Shown here: one piece after another, positions 20,050 to 29,911 of the stretch
Numbering within the stretch: the stretch's first letter is position 1
Layout: every line of letters starts with the position of its first letter
Assembly (NCBI GenBank): GCA_964437465.1
Contig: CAYTGI010000001.1
Location: 5,614-69,613, forward strand
Length of the DNA: 64,000 nucleotides
From: an uncultured Candidatus Saccharibacteria bacterium
Lineage (GTDB): Bacteria; Patescibacteriota; Dojkabacteria; J137
Direction: 5' to 3'
Notes under the pieces: model-generated
Databases searched by the model: none
What the model saw: the letters and a program-made list of their open reading frames with translations, nothing else
What the model was told of the DNA's origin: nothing
Program-made: the position numbers and the translations under genes

Positions 20050-21378
20050 ATGGAAGATTCTGTTATATTAACGATTTTTGGTGCCACTGGTGATTTAGTA
20101 AGAAAGAAAATTATTCCTGCTTTATACACTTTATACGAAGAAGAAAAACTACCTTCTAAAATTAAAATTTTAGGGTTCGCAAGAAGAGATTTTACAGGAG
20201 GAAAATATAATAATTTTATTAATGAATCACTTCACAAGATTTTAAAGGTTGATGATCCAAATCCTGGATTTTATGATCTTTTTGAGTACGTTCAGGGTGA
20301 TTTAGATAATGATGAAGGATTTAAAAAACTTGAGGAAGCAATTAAGAAACATGACGAGATTTGTAGAGAAAACTGCGTAAAACTTTTTTACTACTCAATT
20401 CAACAAAGCTTTTATGAACCTGTAACTGAACAAATTGCTAAATTTGATATGCCTAAAGATAACTTTAGATTACTAATTGAGAAACCATACGGGCACGATA
20501 CCCAGTCTGCGTCTGAGCTTGATCAGAAAATGAAACATCATTTTGAAGAAGATCAGCTTTACAGAATTGATCACTACATGCACAAAAAAATTGTGAGACA
20601 GATCTTAGATTTCCGATTTGAGAATTCAATTATTAAATCAGTTTGGAAACCATCTGAGATTAATAAGGTTGTTATCTCAACAAAAGAAGATTTTGGTGCA
20701 GAAGGAAGAGGGGCGTTTTACGATGCCCTAGGCGCATTAAAAGATGTTGGTCAGAATCATCTTCTTGCTATTGCCTCACTAATTCTAATGGAAGAGTTCA
20801 AAGATGAGAGTTCTGAACATTTCATTGAAAGAAGAGCAAAAGCACTTCAAAGCTTTAAACCTTTTGAAAACGATGAACAGATAAAAGAAAATACTTTCAG
20901 AGCTCAATATCAAGGTTACAAAGAGATAGAAAATGTAGATCCAGATTCAACTAGGGAAACTTATTTCAAAGTTAAACTCTTTTCATCAAAAGAAGGTTGG
21001 GGAGAAATTCCATTTATTTTAGAAGCAGGAAAAAAACTTGATAAACATATGAAAGAGGTTAAGGTTTATTTTGAAACGAATGTAATCTTTTTTGAATTTC
21101 ATCCAAACGATCAAATTTGTATTGGGCTACATTCTAATGAAGAAAAAGAAACATGTTTATACAAAATGGAAAATGAGTCTCGAAAATATCAATATGTTTC
21201 TGAGTACGCATTAGTTATTGAGGAAGCAATCCAAGGTAAAAGAGATTTCTTTGTTAGCATTAATGAGGTACTTGCTCAGTGGAGTATTGTTGATTCTATC
21301 GAAGATGGGTGGATGCGAGATTTGGTTCCTTTAGTTGAGTATGAGCAAGGAACTACACCGAGAAGTGATATTAATTAA
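20050..21378 (+). CDS. zwf: Glucose-6-phosphate 1-dehydrogenase
   Basis: IFGATGDLVRKKIIPALY, EKPYGHD and RIDHYMHKKIV motifs. Confidence 0.9.
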   Translation: MEDSVILTIFGATGDLVRKKIIPALYTLYEEEKLPSKIKILGFARRDFTGGKYNNFINESLHKILKVDDPNPGFYDLFEYVQGDLDNDEGFKKLEEAIKKHDEICRENCVKLFYYSIQQSFYEPVTEQIAKFDMPKDNFRLLIEKPYGHDTQSASELDQKMKHHFEEDQLYRIDHYMHKKIVRQILDFRFENSIIKSVWKPSEINKVVISTKEDFGAEGRGAFYDALGALKDVGQNHLLAIASLILMEEFKDESSEHFIERRAKALQSFKPFENDEQIKENTFRAQYQGYKEIENVDPDSTRETYFKVKLFSSKEGWGEIPFILEAGKKLDKHMKEVKVYFETNVIFFEFHPNDQICIGLHSNEEKETCLYKMENESRKYQYVSEYALVIEEAIQGKRDFFVSINEVLAQWSIVDSIEDGWMRDLVPLVEYEQGTTPRSDIN

Positions 21379-21482
21379 GAGTCAAATCCTAAATTCTAAT
21401 ATCTAAATTCTAAAAACGAACTAATATTGCATCATATTTTTCTTGCAACTAGCGACTATAATAGTTATTAATTAAATATTTT

Positions 21483-22391
21483 ATGAAAAAGCAAATTGGA
21501 ATAATAGGTTTAGGTAAGATGGGAAAAGGTGTAGCTCTTAATCTTGCTGATGATGGATGGGAAGTTATAGCCTACAACAGAACTGAATCAGTTACTAAAG
21601 AAGTTGAAGAACAATCAGAAAATATAACAGGAGCTTATAGTTATGAAGAATTAGTTAATCAGCTTGATGGTCCTAGAGTGTTATGGATAATGGTTCCTGC
21701 TGGAGATCCTACAAGACAAGTTGTTAGTGATGTTTTACCTTTACTTGAAGAAGAAGATATTATTATAGATGCTGCTAATTCCTACTTTAAGGATACTTTA
21801 GAAATGTCTAAAAGGATTACTGAAAAAGGGGTTAAATTCATGGATTGTGGAGTTTCAGGAGGCCCAAGTGGTGCGAGAAATGGAGCTTGTTTAATGATTG
21901 GAGGAGATCAGGAAACATATAAATATTTAGAAGAATTATTTCAAGATGTTGCTGATGACGAAGCTTATCAATTTTTCCCTGGAATTGCTGCGGGGCATTT
22001 CGTCAAAATGGTACATAACGGAATTGAATATGGAATGATGCAAGCAATTGCTGAAGGTTTTGATGTGATGAAAAATTCAGAGTTTGACCTTGATTTAAAA
22101 GATGTTGCAAGAATCTATAGTAAACGAAGTGTAATCGAGTCTAGACTTATTGACTGGATGCTTAAAGGTTTTGAAACTTATGGTGAAGATCTTGATGAAG
22201 TGTCAGGAAGCGCCTCTCATAGTGGTGAAGGGGAATGGACTATAAAAACAGCTAAAGAAATGGGCATACCTGTAAATGTAATTGAAGATTCGCTAAATGC
22301 GAGAATTAAATCTCAGGAAAACCCTAGCTATCAAGGCAAAATTATTTCAGCATTAAGAAATATGTTTGGAGGGCATTCTATCGATAATTAA
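21483..22391 (+). CDS. 6-phosphogluconate dehydrogenase, short (YqeC/Gnd-like) form
   Basis: NAD-binding IGIIGLGKMGKGVALNL, then GHFVKMVHNGIEYGMMQAIAEG. Confidence 0.85.
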   Translation: MKKQIGIIGLGKMGKGVALNLADDGWEVIAYNRTESVTKEVEEQSENITGAYSYEELVNQLDGPRVLWIMVPAGDPTRQVVSDVLPLLEEEDIIIDAANSYFKDTLEMSKRITEKGVKFMDCGVSGGPSGARNGACLMIGGDQETYKYLEELFQDVADDEAYQFFPGIAAGHFVKMVHNGIEYGMMQAIAEGFDVMKNSEFDLDLKDVARIYSKRSVIESRLIDWMLKGFETYGEDLDEVSGSASHSGEGEWTIKTAKEMGIPVNVIEDSLNARIKSQENPSYQGKIISALRNMFGGHSIDN

Positions 22392-22523
22392 AAAATAATA
22401 ATTATTAATTAAAAATTTTTAGATAAAGTCTGATAATGTAGTTGAGCTCTATCATTATTAATTCTTAATCATTAATTAATAAACTCCTTGTTTTCAATTT
22501 TAGTTTTAACTAAACTATAGTAT

Positions 22524-23432
22524 ATGATCTTTTCAAATCGACCAGAAAACTTTAAATCAGGTATTTTTTTAGATAGTGGGGACCCAAATGAGACTAGAAT
22601 GGTTCTTGATGAGCTTGGCTTCATTGATGGTCAAACGACTAATCCATCTTTAGTAGCTAGAAATCCAGAGATTGCTGCAAAATTTGATAACGGTGAGAAG
22701 CTAACTTCTGATGAGCTTTTAGCTGAATATAGAAAGATCGTACAAGAAATATCAGGGCTAATACCGGGAAGATCTGTTTCGATTGAAGTATATGCTGACG
22801 CTGAAACTTCTGCTGAAGAAATGATCTCACAAGCAGAAGAAATGTATACATGGATTGATTCTGCTCACATAAAGTTACCTACTACACCTGGAGGATTGAA
22901 AGCAGCTAGATATTTAACTGAAAAAGATTTTCGGGTGAACATGACATTAGTGTTTAAGCAAGAGCAAGCGGCTGCAGTTCATAGTGCAACTACAGGAGTA
23001 AAAAGAGGAAATGTTTTTTTATCTCCATTTATCGGAAGACTTGATGATTTAGGGCTTAGAGGAATGGACGTAGCAGGAAATATCTTAAAGATGTATAGAG
23101 ATCAAGGCTCTCACGTAGAAGTACTAGCTGCAAGTATAAGGAGTTTAGATCATTTGTTGTTCTTACTTTTTATGCAAACAGATATTATTACTGTTCCATA
23201 TAAAGTACTGAAAAAGTGGATAAGAATAGGAGCACCATACCCAGATAGAAATGATATGGATGTTTACAAAAGAGTTGATGAAATGGAATTCTTTTTTGGA
23301 GAAGATTTACAACAAATTCCTTTTGAAAGAATCGATATGGATAATGATTTTGGTAGCTACAATATTCAACATAAATTAACTGAAGTTGGACTACAAAGAT
23401 TTGCAGAAGATTGGAATAAATTAATTACATAG
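22524..23432 (+). CDS. tal: Transaldolase
   Basis: FLDSGDPNE and GQTTNPSL motifs. Confidence 0.8.
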   Translation: MIFSNRPENFKSGIFLDSGDPNETRMVLDELGFIDGQTTNPSLVARNPEIAAKFDNGEKLTSDELLAEYRKIVQEISGLIPGRSVSIEVYADAETSAEEMISQAEEMYTWIDSAHIKLPTTPGGLKAARYLTEKDFRVNMTLVFKQEQAAAVHSATTGVKRGNVFLSPFIGRLDDLGLRGMDVAGNILKMYRDQGSHVEVLAASIRSLDHLLFLLFMQTDIITVPYKVLKKWIRIGAPYPDRNDMDVYKRVDEMEFFFGEDLQQIPFERIDMDNDFGSYNIQHKLTEVGLQRFAEDWNKLIT

Positions 23433-23434
23433 AA

Positions 23435-23464
23435 TGTAGGGACAAACCATGGTTTGTCCCTACA
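23435..23464. other. Perfect 30-bp palindrome (15+15, no loop) between tal and transketolase
   Basis: tgtagggacaaacca / tggtttgtccctaca are exact reverse complements; begins 3 nt after the tal stop; no downstream T-tract. Confidence 0.6.
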
Positions 23465-23472
23465 GCCATAAT

Positions 23473-24336
23473 ATGAAGCACACTGGGCAAGAGTTAATCC
23501 AAAAAGCATACGAAATAAGAAAAGACATAATTGATATGTTGTTGGAAGCTGGCTCTGGACATTCAGCTGGACCTTTAGGAATGGCTGATATATTCACTGC
23601 TTTGTATTTTGAAGTATTAAATCATGATCCAAATAATCCAGGAATGCCAGAACGTGACAAAGTAGTTTTATCAAATGGTCATATTTGTCCAGTTTGGTAC
23701 GCTACACTTGCACATGCAGGGTACTTTCCAAGAGAAGAGCTAATGACTTTAAGAAAGATTGATTCACGATTACAAGGTCATCCAAATAGATTAGATACTC
23801 CAGGTGTTGAAAATTCTAGTGGTCCATTAGGACAAGGTTTTTCACAAGCGATAGGTATGGCATTAGCTGATATGTTAGAAGGTAGAAAATCAACAACCTA
23901 CGTTTTACTTGGAGATGGAGAATTAAACGAGGGTCAGTGTTGGGAGGCGTTTATGTTTGCTGGTAATTATCCACTGCACCATTTAACCGCAATTATAGAT
24001 AGAAATAATATTCAAATTGATGGTCATACAGAAAATGTTATGAGATTGGAGCCACTAAAAGAAAAAATTGAATCATTTAATTGGCACGTTTTAGAAATTG
24101 ATGGACATAATATGGAAGCGATTGTTGATGCTTGCAATCATGCTAAATCAGTTTGGGAAAGGCCTACAGCAATTATCGCGAATACAATTCCTGGAAAAGG
24201 TGTTGATTTTATGGAATGGAAACCTGAGTGGCATGGAAAACCACCAAAAGAAGACGAAGCAGAAGAAGCAGATAAGGAATTACTTGATACATTAAATTAT
24301 TTAAGAACATTGAGAGGGAATATTGAGTTTGAATAA
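23473..24336 (+). CDS. Transketolase, N-terminal (ThDP-binding) subunit
   Basis: GHSAGPLGMADIF and GDGELNEGQCWEA motifs. The ORF track starts at 23449 inside the palindrome; the ATG at 23473 (MKHTGQE...) is more plausible. Confidence 0.85.
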   Translation: MKHTGQELIQKAYEIRKDIIDMLLEAGSGHSAGPLGMADIFTALYFEVLNHDPNNPGMPERDKVVLSNGHICPVWYATLAHAGYFPREELMTLRKIDSRLQGHPNRLDTPGVENSSGPLGQGFSQAIGMALADMLEGRKSTTYVLLGDGELNEGQCWEAFMFAGNYPLHHLTAIIDRNNIQIDGHTENVMRLEPLKEKIESFNWHVLEIDGHNMEAIVDACNHAKSVWERPTAIIANTIPGKGVDFMEWKPEWHGKPPKEDEAEEADKELLDTLNYLRTLRGNIEFE

Positions 24337-24343
24337 CTCAATT

Positions 24344-24377
24344 TCCTCCCCCACCCCATCCTGCTAGGAGGGGAGCT
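24344..24377. repeat. GC-rich palindromic repeat unit (core CCTGCTAGGAGGGG)
   Basis: cctcccccaccccatcctgctaggaggggagc, a GC island in an AT-rich intergenic region; same family as the units at 26755 and 27241. Confidence 0.6.
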
Positions 24378-24397
24378 TATATAACAAAAAACTAAAA

Positions 24398-25390
24398 ATG
24401 ATACCGGACATGCGATTACAAAATGAGTGGTGGAATCCAGATAATCTGGAGAATAAACCTACGAGAGATGGGTATGGAGATTGTCTAGTTGAGCTCGGAC
24501 GAGAAAATAAGGATATAGTAGCTTTAAGTGCGGACTTAACAGAATCTACAAGAACTCATTACTTTGCTGAAGAATTTCCTGATCGTTTTTTTCAAACAGG
24601 TATTGCTGAACAGAACATGATGGGGATTGCTGCAGGACTTGCTTTAAATGGAAAAATTCCCTTCGCTGCAAGTTACGCAGTTTTTTCTCCTGGAAGAAAT
24701 TGGGATCAGTTTAGAGTAAGTGTTTGCTATTCAAAAGCTAATGTAAAAATAATTGGAGGTCATGCGGGGCTTTCAGTTGGACCAGATGGAGCTACTCACC
24801 AGGCACTTGAAGATATCGCAATCACAAGAGTATTACCAAACTTAACAGTTATTGTTCCAGCTGATTATGAACAGGCAAAAAAAGCAACTAGAGAAGCAGC
24901 TTTTATGGACGGACCGGTTTATATTAGAGTAAGTAGAGATAAAACTCCAAACTTTACATCTGTCGATACTCCGTTTCAAATTGGTAAAGGACAAGTTCTG
25001 TATAGTGGGGATGATGTAACTATTTTCGCTACTGGTTTAATGGTTCATAAAGCTCTACTCGCAGCAAGAGAACTCCAAGATGAAGGTGTAAGTTGTGAGG
25101 TAATTAATCTTCATACAATAAAACCAATAGATATAGATGCTGTAATAGCTTCAGTTCTTAAAACTAAAGCAGCAGTAACAGTAGAAGAACATCAGGTTAC
25201 TGGAGGTTTAGGAAGTGCAGTTTCTGAAGTGATCTCACAACAACACCCAGTTCCAATTGAAATGGTTGGGGTTAAGGATACTTTTGGGGAATCAGGAAAG
25301 ACGAATGAGCTTTTTGTAAAATACGGACTTGATGTGGAAAATATAAAAAATGCTGCAAAGACTTCAATTGCTCGAAAAGAAAATTCTTAG
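24398..25390 (+). CDS. Transketolase, C-terminal (pyrimidine-binding) subunit
   Basis: FQTGIAEQNMMGIAAGLA and GPDGATHQALEDIA motifs. Confidence 0.9.
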   Translation: MIPDMRLQNEWWNPDNLENKPTRDGYGDCLVELGRENKDIVALSADLTESTRTHYFAEEFPDRFFQTGIAEQNMMGIAAGLALNGKIPFAASYAVFSPGRNWDQFRVSVCYSKANVKIIGGHAGLSVGPDGATHQALEDIAITRVLPNLTVIVPADYEQAKKATREAAFMDGPVYIRVSRDKTPNFTSVDTPFQIGKGQVLYSGDDVTIFATGLMVHKALLAARELQDEGVSCEVINLHTIKPIDIDAVIASVLKTKAAVTVEEHQVTGGLGSAVSEVISQQHPVPIEMVGVKDTFGESGKTNELFVKYGLDVENIKNAAKTSIARKENS

Positions 25391-25399
25391 ATAAAAACT

Positions 25400-26725
25400 A
25401 TGGATAAACCTATTTTTAATTTCAAAGGCTCAATTGAGTTTGATGAAAGGGTAGTTGTTGCTGAAGGTAATAATCTAAGGAAATATATAGAAGTTCTTCA
25501 AGATATTGTTGCTTCAAAAGAATATTTAGAAGATGAGGCTTCATTATCCTTACCTGGAGATGAGGGTATCTTACATAGTTCTCTTCACTTAGCTAATGAG
25601 TATAAAGCAGAAAACCTTAAGTATGTTTTCGTTGTTGGGATTGGGGGTTCAAACTTAGGTACACAAGCGATTTACACTGCTTTAAGGGGGCAGTTTGATT
25701 ATTTAGAGCATACATTTCCAAAAATCATTTTTATAGATGCTGTGTCCTATAAAAATTTAAATCAGATTAACCGAGTTATTGATGATGAGGGAATTAATGC
25801 TGAAGATTTTGTAATTTTTGCGATCTCAAAATCTGGAGGTACTTCAGAAACTATCGCTAACACAAATTTTCTAATTCAAGTTTTAGATCAATATTTAGAA
25901 ATTGAACCAGTAAGGGATAGGCTAATTGTTATTACTGACGAGGGATCAAAATTCTGGGAAAGAGCGGAGAAAGAAAATATTGATAAATTACCAATTCCTA
26001 AAAAAGTAGGTGGAAGGTATTCAGTTTTTTCTAATGTAGGAATTGCTCCATTGAGCTTTATTTTTGGTGAAGACCTCAAAGATTTGATCCATGGAGCTAG
26101 AGTTGCGTTAGAAGATTGTATACAATTTGAGTTTGAATCTAATCCAGCTTTACAATCTGCTTTAGTTACTAATCTTTATCTTCAAAAAGGAACAAGAATT
26201 AATAATAATTTTTTCTTTGATCCAAATTTAGAATATGTTGGAAAATGGTATAGGCAGTTAATGGGAGAGAGTATTGGTAAAGAGAGAAGTATTAAGAATA
26301 AAATTGTTCATGCTGGAATAACTCCAATTGTGAGTATTGGTTCAACTGATCTACACTCAATGGCGCAACTTTATATTGGCGGACCAAATGATAAGTTAAC
26401 TAACTTCGTTTACGTTGATGAAGAAGATGATTTGAAGGTAAGTGAGTACGCTATAACAAAAGATTTAGTTGATGATTTAGAAGGCAAGTCTGCTTATGAA
26501 ATTAATAAAGCAATATATGAAGGAGTTAAAAAGGCATATATAAAAAACGAAAGACCATTTGTAGAGGTAGTTTTCCTTAGGGTAAGTTTATTTACACTAG
26601 GTTACTATCTTCAATTTAAAATGGTTGAGATGATGTATTTAGCAAATTTAATGAATTTAAATGCATTCGATCAGCCTAATGTTGAGGATTATAAGGAGGA
26701 GACTAGAAAATTGTTGAAAGGGTGA
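25400..26725 (+). CDS. pgi: Glucose-6-phosphate isomerase
   Basis: FVVGIGGSNLGTQAIY and ISKSGGTSET motifs. Confidence 0.85.
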   Translation: MDKPIFNFKGSIEFDERVVVAEGNNLRKYIEVLQDIVASKEYLEDEASLSLPGDEGILHSSLHLANEYKAENLKYVFVVGIGGSNLGTQAIYTALRGQFDYLEHTFPKIIFIDAVSYKNLNQINRVIDDEGINAEDFVIFAISKSGGTSETIANTNFLIQVLDQYLEIEPVRDRLIVITDEGSKFWERAEKENIDKLPIPKKVGGRYSVFSNVGIAPLSFIFGEDLKDLIHGARVALEDCIQFEFESNPALQSALVTNLYLQKGTRINNNFFFDPNLEYVGKWYRQLMGESIGKERSIKNKIVHAGITPIVSIGSTDLHSMAQLYIGGPNDKLTNFVYVDEEDDLKVSEYAITKDLVDDLEGKSAYEINKAIYEGVKKAYIKNERPFVEVVFLRVSLFTLGYYLQFKMVEMMYLANLMNLNAFDQPNVEDYKEETRKLLKG

Positions 26726-26754
26726 AGTCTATAAGATTCCAACGAAGCTAATAG

Positions 26755-26830
26755 TCTACCTCCCCTAACCCCTCCTGCTAGGAGGGGGAAGTTGAGTTTC
26801 CTCCCCTAGCAGGGGAGGACTAAGGTGGGG
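26755..26830. repeat. Cluster of GC-rich palindromic repeat units; the first 36 bp form a direct repeat with 27241-27276
   Basis: tctacctcccctaacccctcctgctaggaggggga ... cctcccctagcaggggagg ... taaggtgggg. Confidence 0.65.
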
Positions 26831-26880
26831 TAGAATGTTTTACTACACTTCTTTGTTTTACTTCCCCAATTTTTATCTTT

Positions 26881-27267
26881 ATGATTCCTTATTACAATAA
26901 AAGTAAACTGAATTTCTCCAAGAAAAAGAGGAAAGATGAAACCTATGCTGAAATGAAACTTTGGTCAGAATTAAAAGGAAAAAAATTACTGGGATATAAA
27001 TTTAGAAGACAATATGTAATAGATAAATACATAGTTGATTTTTATTGTATTGAACTAAAATTAATTATTGAGGTAGATGGGGCAAGTCATGATGAAGAAA
27101 AGTATGAGTATGATAAGAAAAGAGAAAATGAACTAAGAAGGTTAGGGAACACAGTATTAAGATTTACTGAATATGAAGTTAGGAGTGATATTGATAATGT
27201 TTTGGAAACTATTGTTTATTTAATAGAAAAGTTTGAACAATCTACCTCCCCTAACCCCTCCTGCTAG
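26881..27267 (+). CDS. DUF559-type (Vsr-like endonuclease fold) small protein
   Basis: 128 aa; YKFRRQYVIDKYIVDFYC...IEVDGASHDE...RENELRRLGNTVLRF; its last 8 codons (STSPNPSC) are encoded by the GC-rich repeat. Confidence 0.65.
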   Translation: MIPYYNKSKLNFSKKKRKDETYAEMKLWSELKGKKLLGYKFRRQYVIDKYIVDFYCIELKLIIEVDGASHDEEKYEYDKKRENELRRLGNTVLRFTEYEVRSDIDNVLETIVYLIEKFEQSTSPNPSC

Positions 27268-27395
27268 GAGGGGGACATGACTTTCATTAAATTACTCCCC
27301 TGCTAGGGAGGAAATATACTCACTTTATAAGTTCATGTTCAAATTGCTAGGAGGGGAAGCAATAATCTACCGAATACTCTCCTGCTAGAAGGGGG
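27241..27395. repeat. Cluster of four GC-rich palindromic repeat units; first 36 bp identical to 26755-26790
   Basis: cccctcctgctaggaggggg; ctcccctgctagggagg; ttgctaggagggg; ctcctgctagaaggggg. Confidence 0.65.
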
Positions 27396-27484
27396 ACGTA
27401 ATGTAGTCTAGTACTTTCTTAATAAATCCTTGTAAACTATCTCTATCCTCTTTAGAATGAAAATATATTATTAAAAATCTTCTT

Positions 27485-29911
27485 ATGGAACAGCACGTCT
27501 TAGATTGGTTTAAAAAGTACCACAGGTTAACAAATTACCTAGGAGCATCAATGCTTTATCTAAAAGATAACTTCTTTTTAGAAGAGGAATTAAAACCTGA
27601 GCACATAAAAAATAGAATTCTAGGACACTGGGGAACTGTTCCTGGGTTGAACTTTATGTACGCTGGTCTTAACTATTTAATTAAACAAACTGGACAGGAG
27701 ATGATGTTTATAGGAGGTCCTGGTCACGGAGCTCCGGCTGTTTTAGCTAATGTTTATGTAGAAGGGACACTCGAAGAATATTATCCTAACGTAGCAAGAA
27801 ATCGAGAAGGTTTTGGACAATTATTAAAACTATTTAGCTGGCCAAAAGGGTTTCCTTCTCATACTTATCCTGGAGTACCTGGATCCGTTCATGAGGGCGG
27901 AGAGTTAGGATACTCTTTAGGGACAGCCTTTGGAACAGTATTTGATAATCCACATTTAATGACAGCATGTGTAATTGGAGATGGAGAGGCTGAGACAGGT
28001 CCGTTAGCAGCTAGCTGGCATTCAAATAAATTTATAGACCCAGCAAGTACTGGTGTTGTTTTACCAATTTTACATCTAAACGGTTATAGAATTTCAGGAC
28101 CGACCATTTTTGGAACCATGGATAACGAAGAAGTTTTAAGTTACTTTAGAGGTTTAGGATATAATCCGATTTTAGTTGATCAATATAACTCAGAAGATAT
28201 TTATAACGATTACCTTCAAGCTCTTCATGATGCATACGATAGTATTCAGTATGTAAGGACTGAATGGCAAAATACTGGAAAGAAACCTAACTGGCCAATG
28301 TTAGTTGTTAGAACAATGAAAGGTTGGACTGGTCCTGAATACTTTAAAGGAAAGAAAATTGAAGATCATAATAACTCTCACGGAATTCCTTTAGAAAAAT
28401 GTAAAACAGATATGGATCAGCTAAAAGCAGTTGAAGAATGGTTAAGAAGTTATAACGTAAATGAACTGTTAAATGAAGATAAAACAATAAAAGAGGAGCT
28501 TTATGAATTTGTTCCTGAAGGAGATTTAAGAATGGGTAAGAATAAGCATGCAGTTGGCGGAAATTTGAGGAAAGAGTTAGTTCTTCCTGACTTAGATAAG
28601 TTAAGTATTAAGTTTGATAAGCCAGGATTTGTAGCTGAAAGTTCAATGGAAGTTATGGGTAAGTATTACGAAGAAGTTTTTAAAAATAATGAACAGGAAC
28701 AGAACTTTAGGATTTTTTCTCCAGATGAATCAGAATCAAACAAACTTGGAGAAATGTTTGATATTACTGGAAGAAAGTATGTTTGGCCAACAAGAGACTG
28801 CGATGAATGCATTTCACCAAATGGCCGAGTTATGGAGCTATTAAGTGAGCATGTTCTTCAAGAGTGGATGCAGGGGTATGTTCTTACTGGAAGACACGGG
28901 GTATTAATCTCTTATGAAGCATTCTTAGGAATCATTACAACAATGATTGATCAACATATAAAGTTCATAAAGATTTCAGAGGAGTTTGAATGGAGAAAGC
29001 CTGTCCCTAGTCTGAACTATGTTGCCTCAAGCACAGGCTGGAGGCAGGATCATAATGGATTCTCACACCAGAATCCAACATTGATAAATACATTACTTAC
29101 AAAACAAGCTGACTTTGTAAGTGTATATTTCCCAGCTGATGTAAATACACTTCTTGCGACCCTTGATGATTGTCTACTTAGAACTAATAATGTAAATCTA
29201 ATAATTTCAGGTAAGAGAGATTTACCTCAATGGTTGAGTATGGATGAAGCTCGTGAGCATGTTAAAAACGGAATTAGTAGATGGGACTTCGTAGGCAATG
29301 TAAAAAATGATCATGAAAATACTCCAGATGTAGTATTAGCTTCTTGCGGGGACTACCAAACTCAAGAGACAATCGCTGCAGCACAAATACTAAGAGAGGA
29401 TCTGCCTGAACTTACATTTCAATATGTAAACGTAAATGAAATTACGAGATTAGGTTTAGGAGATGAACATAATCCATTAATGACGACGCAAGATTATGAA
29501 AAATACTTCACTCATGATAGAGATGTTATTTTCAATTTTCATGGTTATCCAGATGCAATAAAGCAACTTACCTGGGGAAGAAAGATATCAGAACAGTTAG
29601 TTATTCTAGGTTATATAGAAAAGGGAACAACAACAACACCTTTTGATATGCAAGTAGTTAATAAAGCAAGTAGATATCATGTAGCAATGCAAGCAATTCT
29701 TTCTGCTGCTAGATTTAATAATGATGTTGCTGCAAGAGAGGTGGAACTAATAAAAAAGTATACCGAAATTTTAAAGAAGCATTCTGAGTATATAGTTGAG
29801 TATGGGGATGACATGCCAGAAGTTAAGGATTTTAAGTATAAGCTTGGCCAATGCAGTTTTCTAAAATTTTTGAAGGTAGATATGAGTTTGGATTTAATCC
29901 TCCAGTCCTAG
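27485..29911 (+). CDS. xfp: Xylulose-5-phosphate/fructose-6-phosphate phosphoketolase
   Basis: 808 aa; GHWGTVPGLNF and EGGELGYS signatures. Confidence 0.9.
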   Translation: MEQHVLDWFKKYHRLTNYLGASMLYLKDNFFLEEELKPEHIKNRILGHWGTVPGLNFMYAGLNYLIKQTGQEMMFIGGPGHGAPAVLANVYVEGTLEEYYPNVARNREGFGQLLKLFSWPKGFPSHTYPGVPGSVHEGGELGYSLGTAFGTVFDNPHLMTACVIGDGEAETGPLAASWHSNKFIDPASTGVVLPILHLNGYRISGPTIFGTMDNEEVLSYFRGLGYNPILVDQYNSEDIYNDYLQALHDAYDSIQYVRTEWQNTGKKPNWPMLVVRTMKGWTGPEYFKGKKIEDHNNSHGIPLEKCKTDMDQLKAVEEWLRSYNVNELLNEDKTIKEELYEFVPEGDLRMGKNKHAVGGNLRKELVLPDLDKLSIKFDKPGFVAESSMEVMGKYYEEVFKNNEQEQNFRIFSPDESESNKLGEMFDITGRKYVWPTRDCDECISPNGRVMELLSEHVLQEWMQGYVLTGRHGVLISYEAFLGIITTMIDQHIKFIKISEEFEWRKPVPSLNYVASSTGWRQDHNGFSHQNPTLINTLLTKQADFVSVYFPADVNTLLATLDDCLLRTNNVNLIISGKRDLPQWLSMDEAREHVKNGISRWDFVGNVKNDHENTPDVVLASCGDYQTQETIAAAQILREDLPELTFQYVNVNEITRLGLGDEHNPLMTTQDYEKYFTHDRDVIFNFHGYPDAIKQLTWGRKISEQLVILGYIEKGTTTTPFDMQVVNKASRYHVAMQAILSAARFNNDVAAREVELIKKYTEILKKHSEYIVEYGDDMPEVKDFKYKLGQCSFLKFLKVDMSLDLILQS

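Noticed and set aside
24344-27400. GC-rich repeats as a CRISPR array
   Set aside because: Units are irregularly spaced, self-palindromic, 17-20 bp and separated by genes. There are no uniform spacers and no cas genes in the window.
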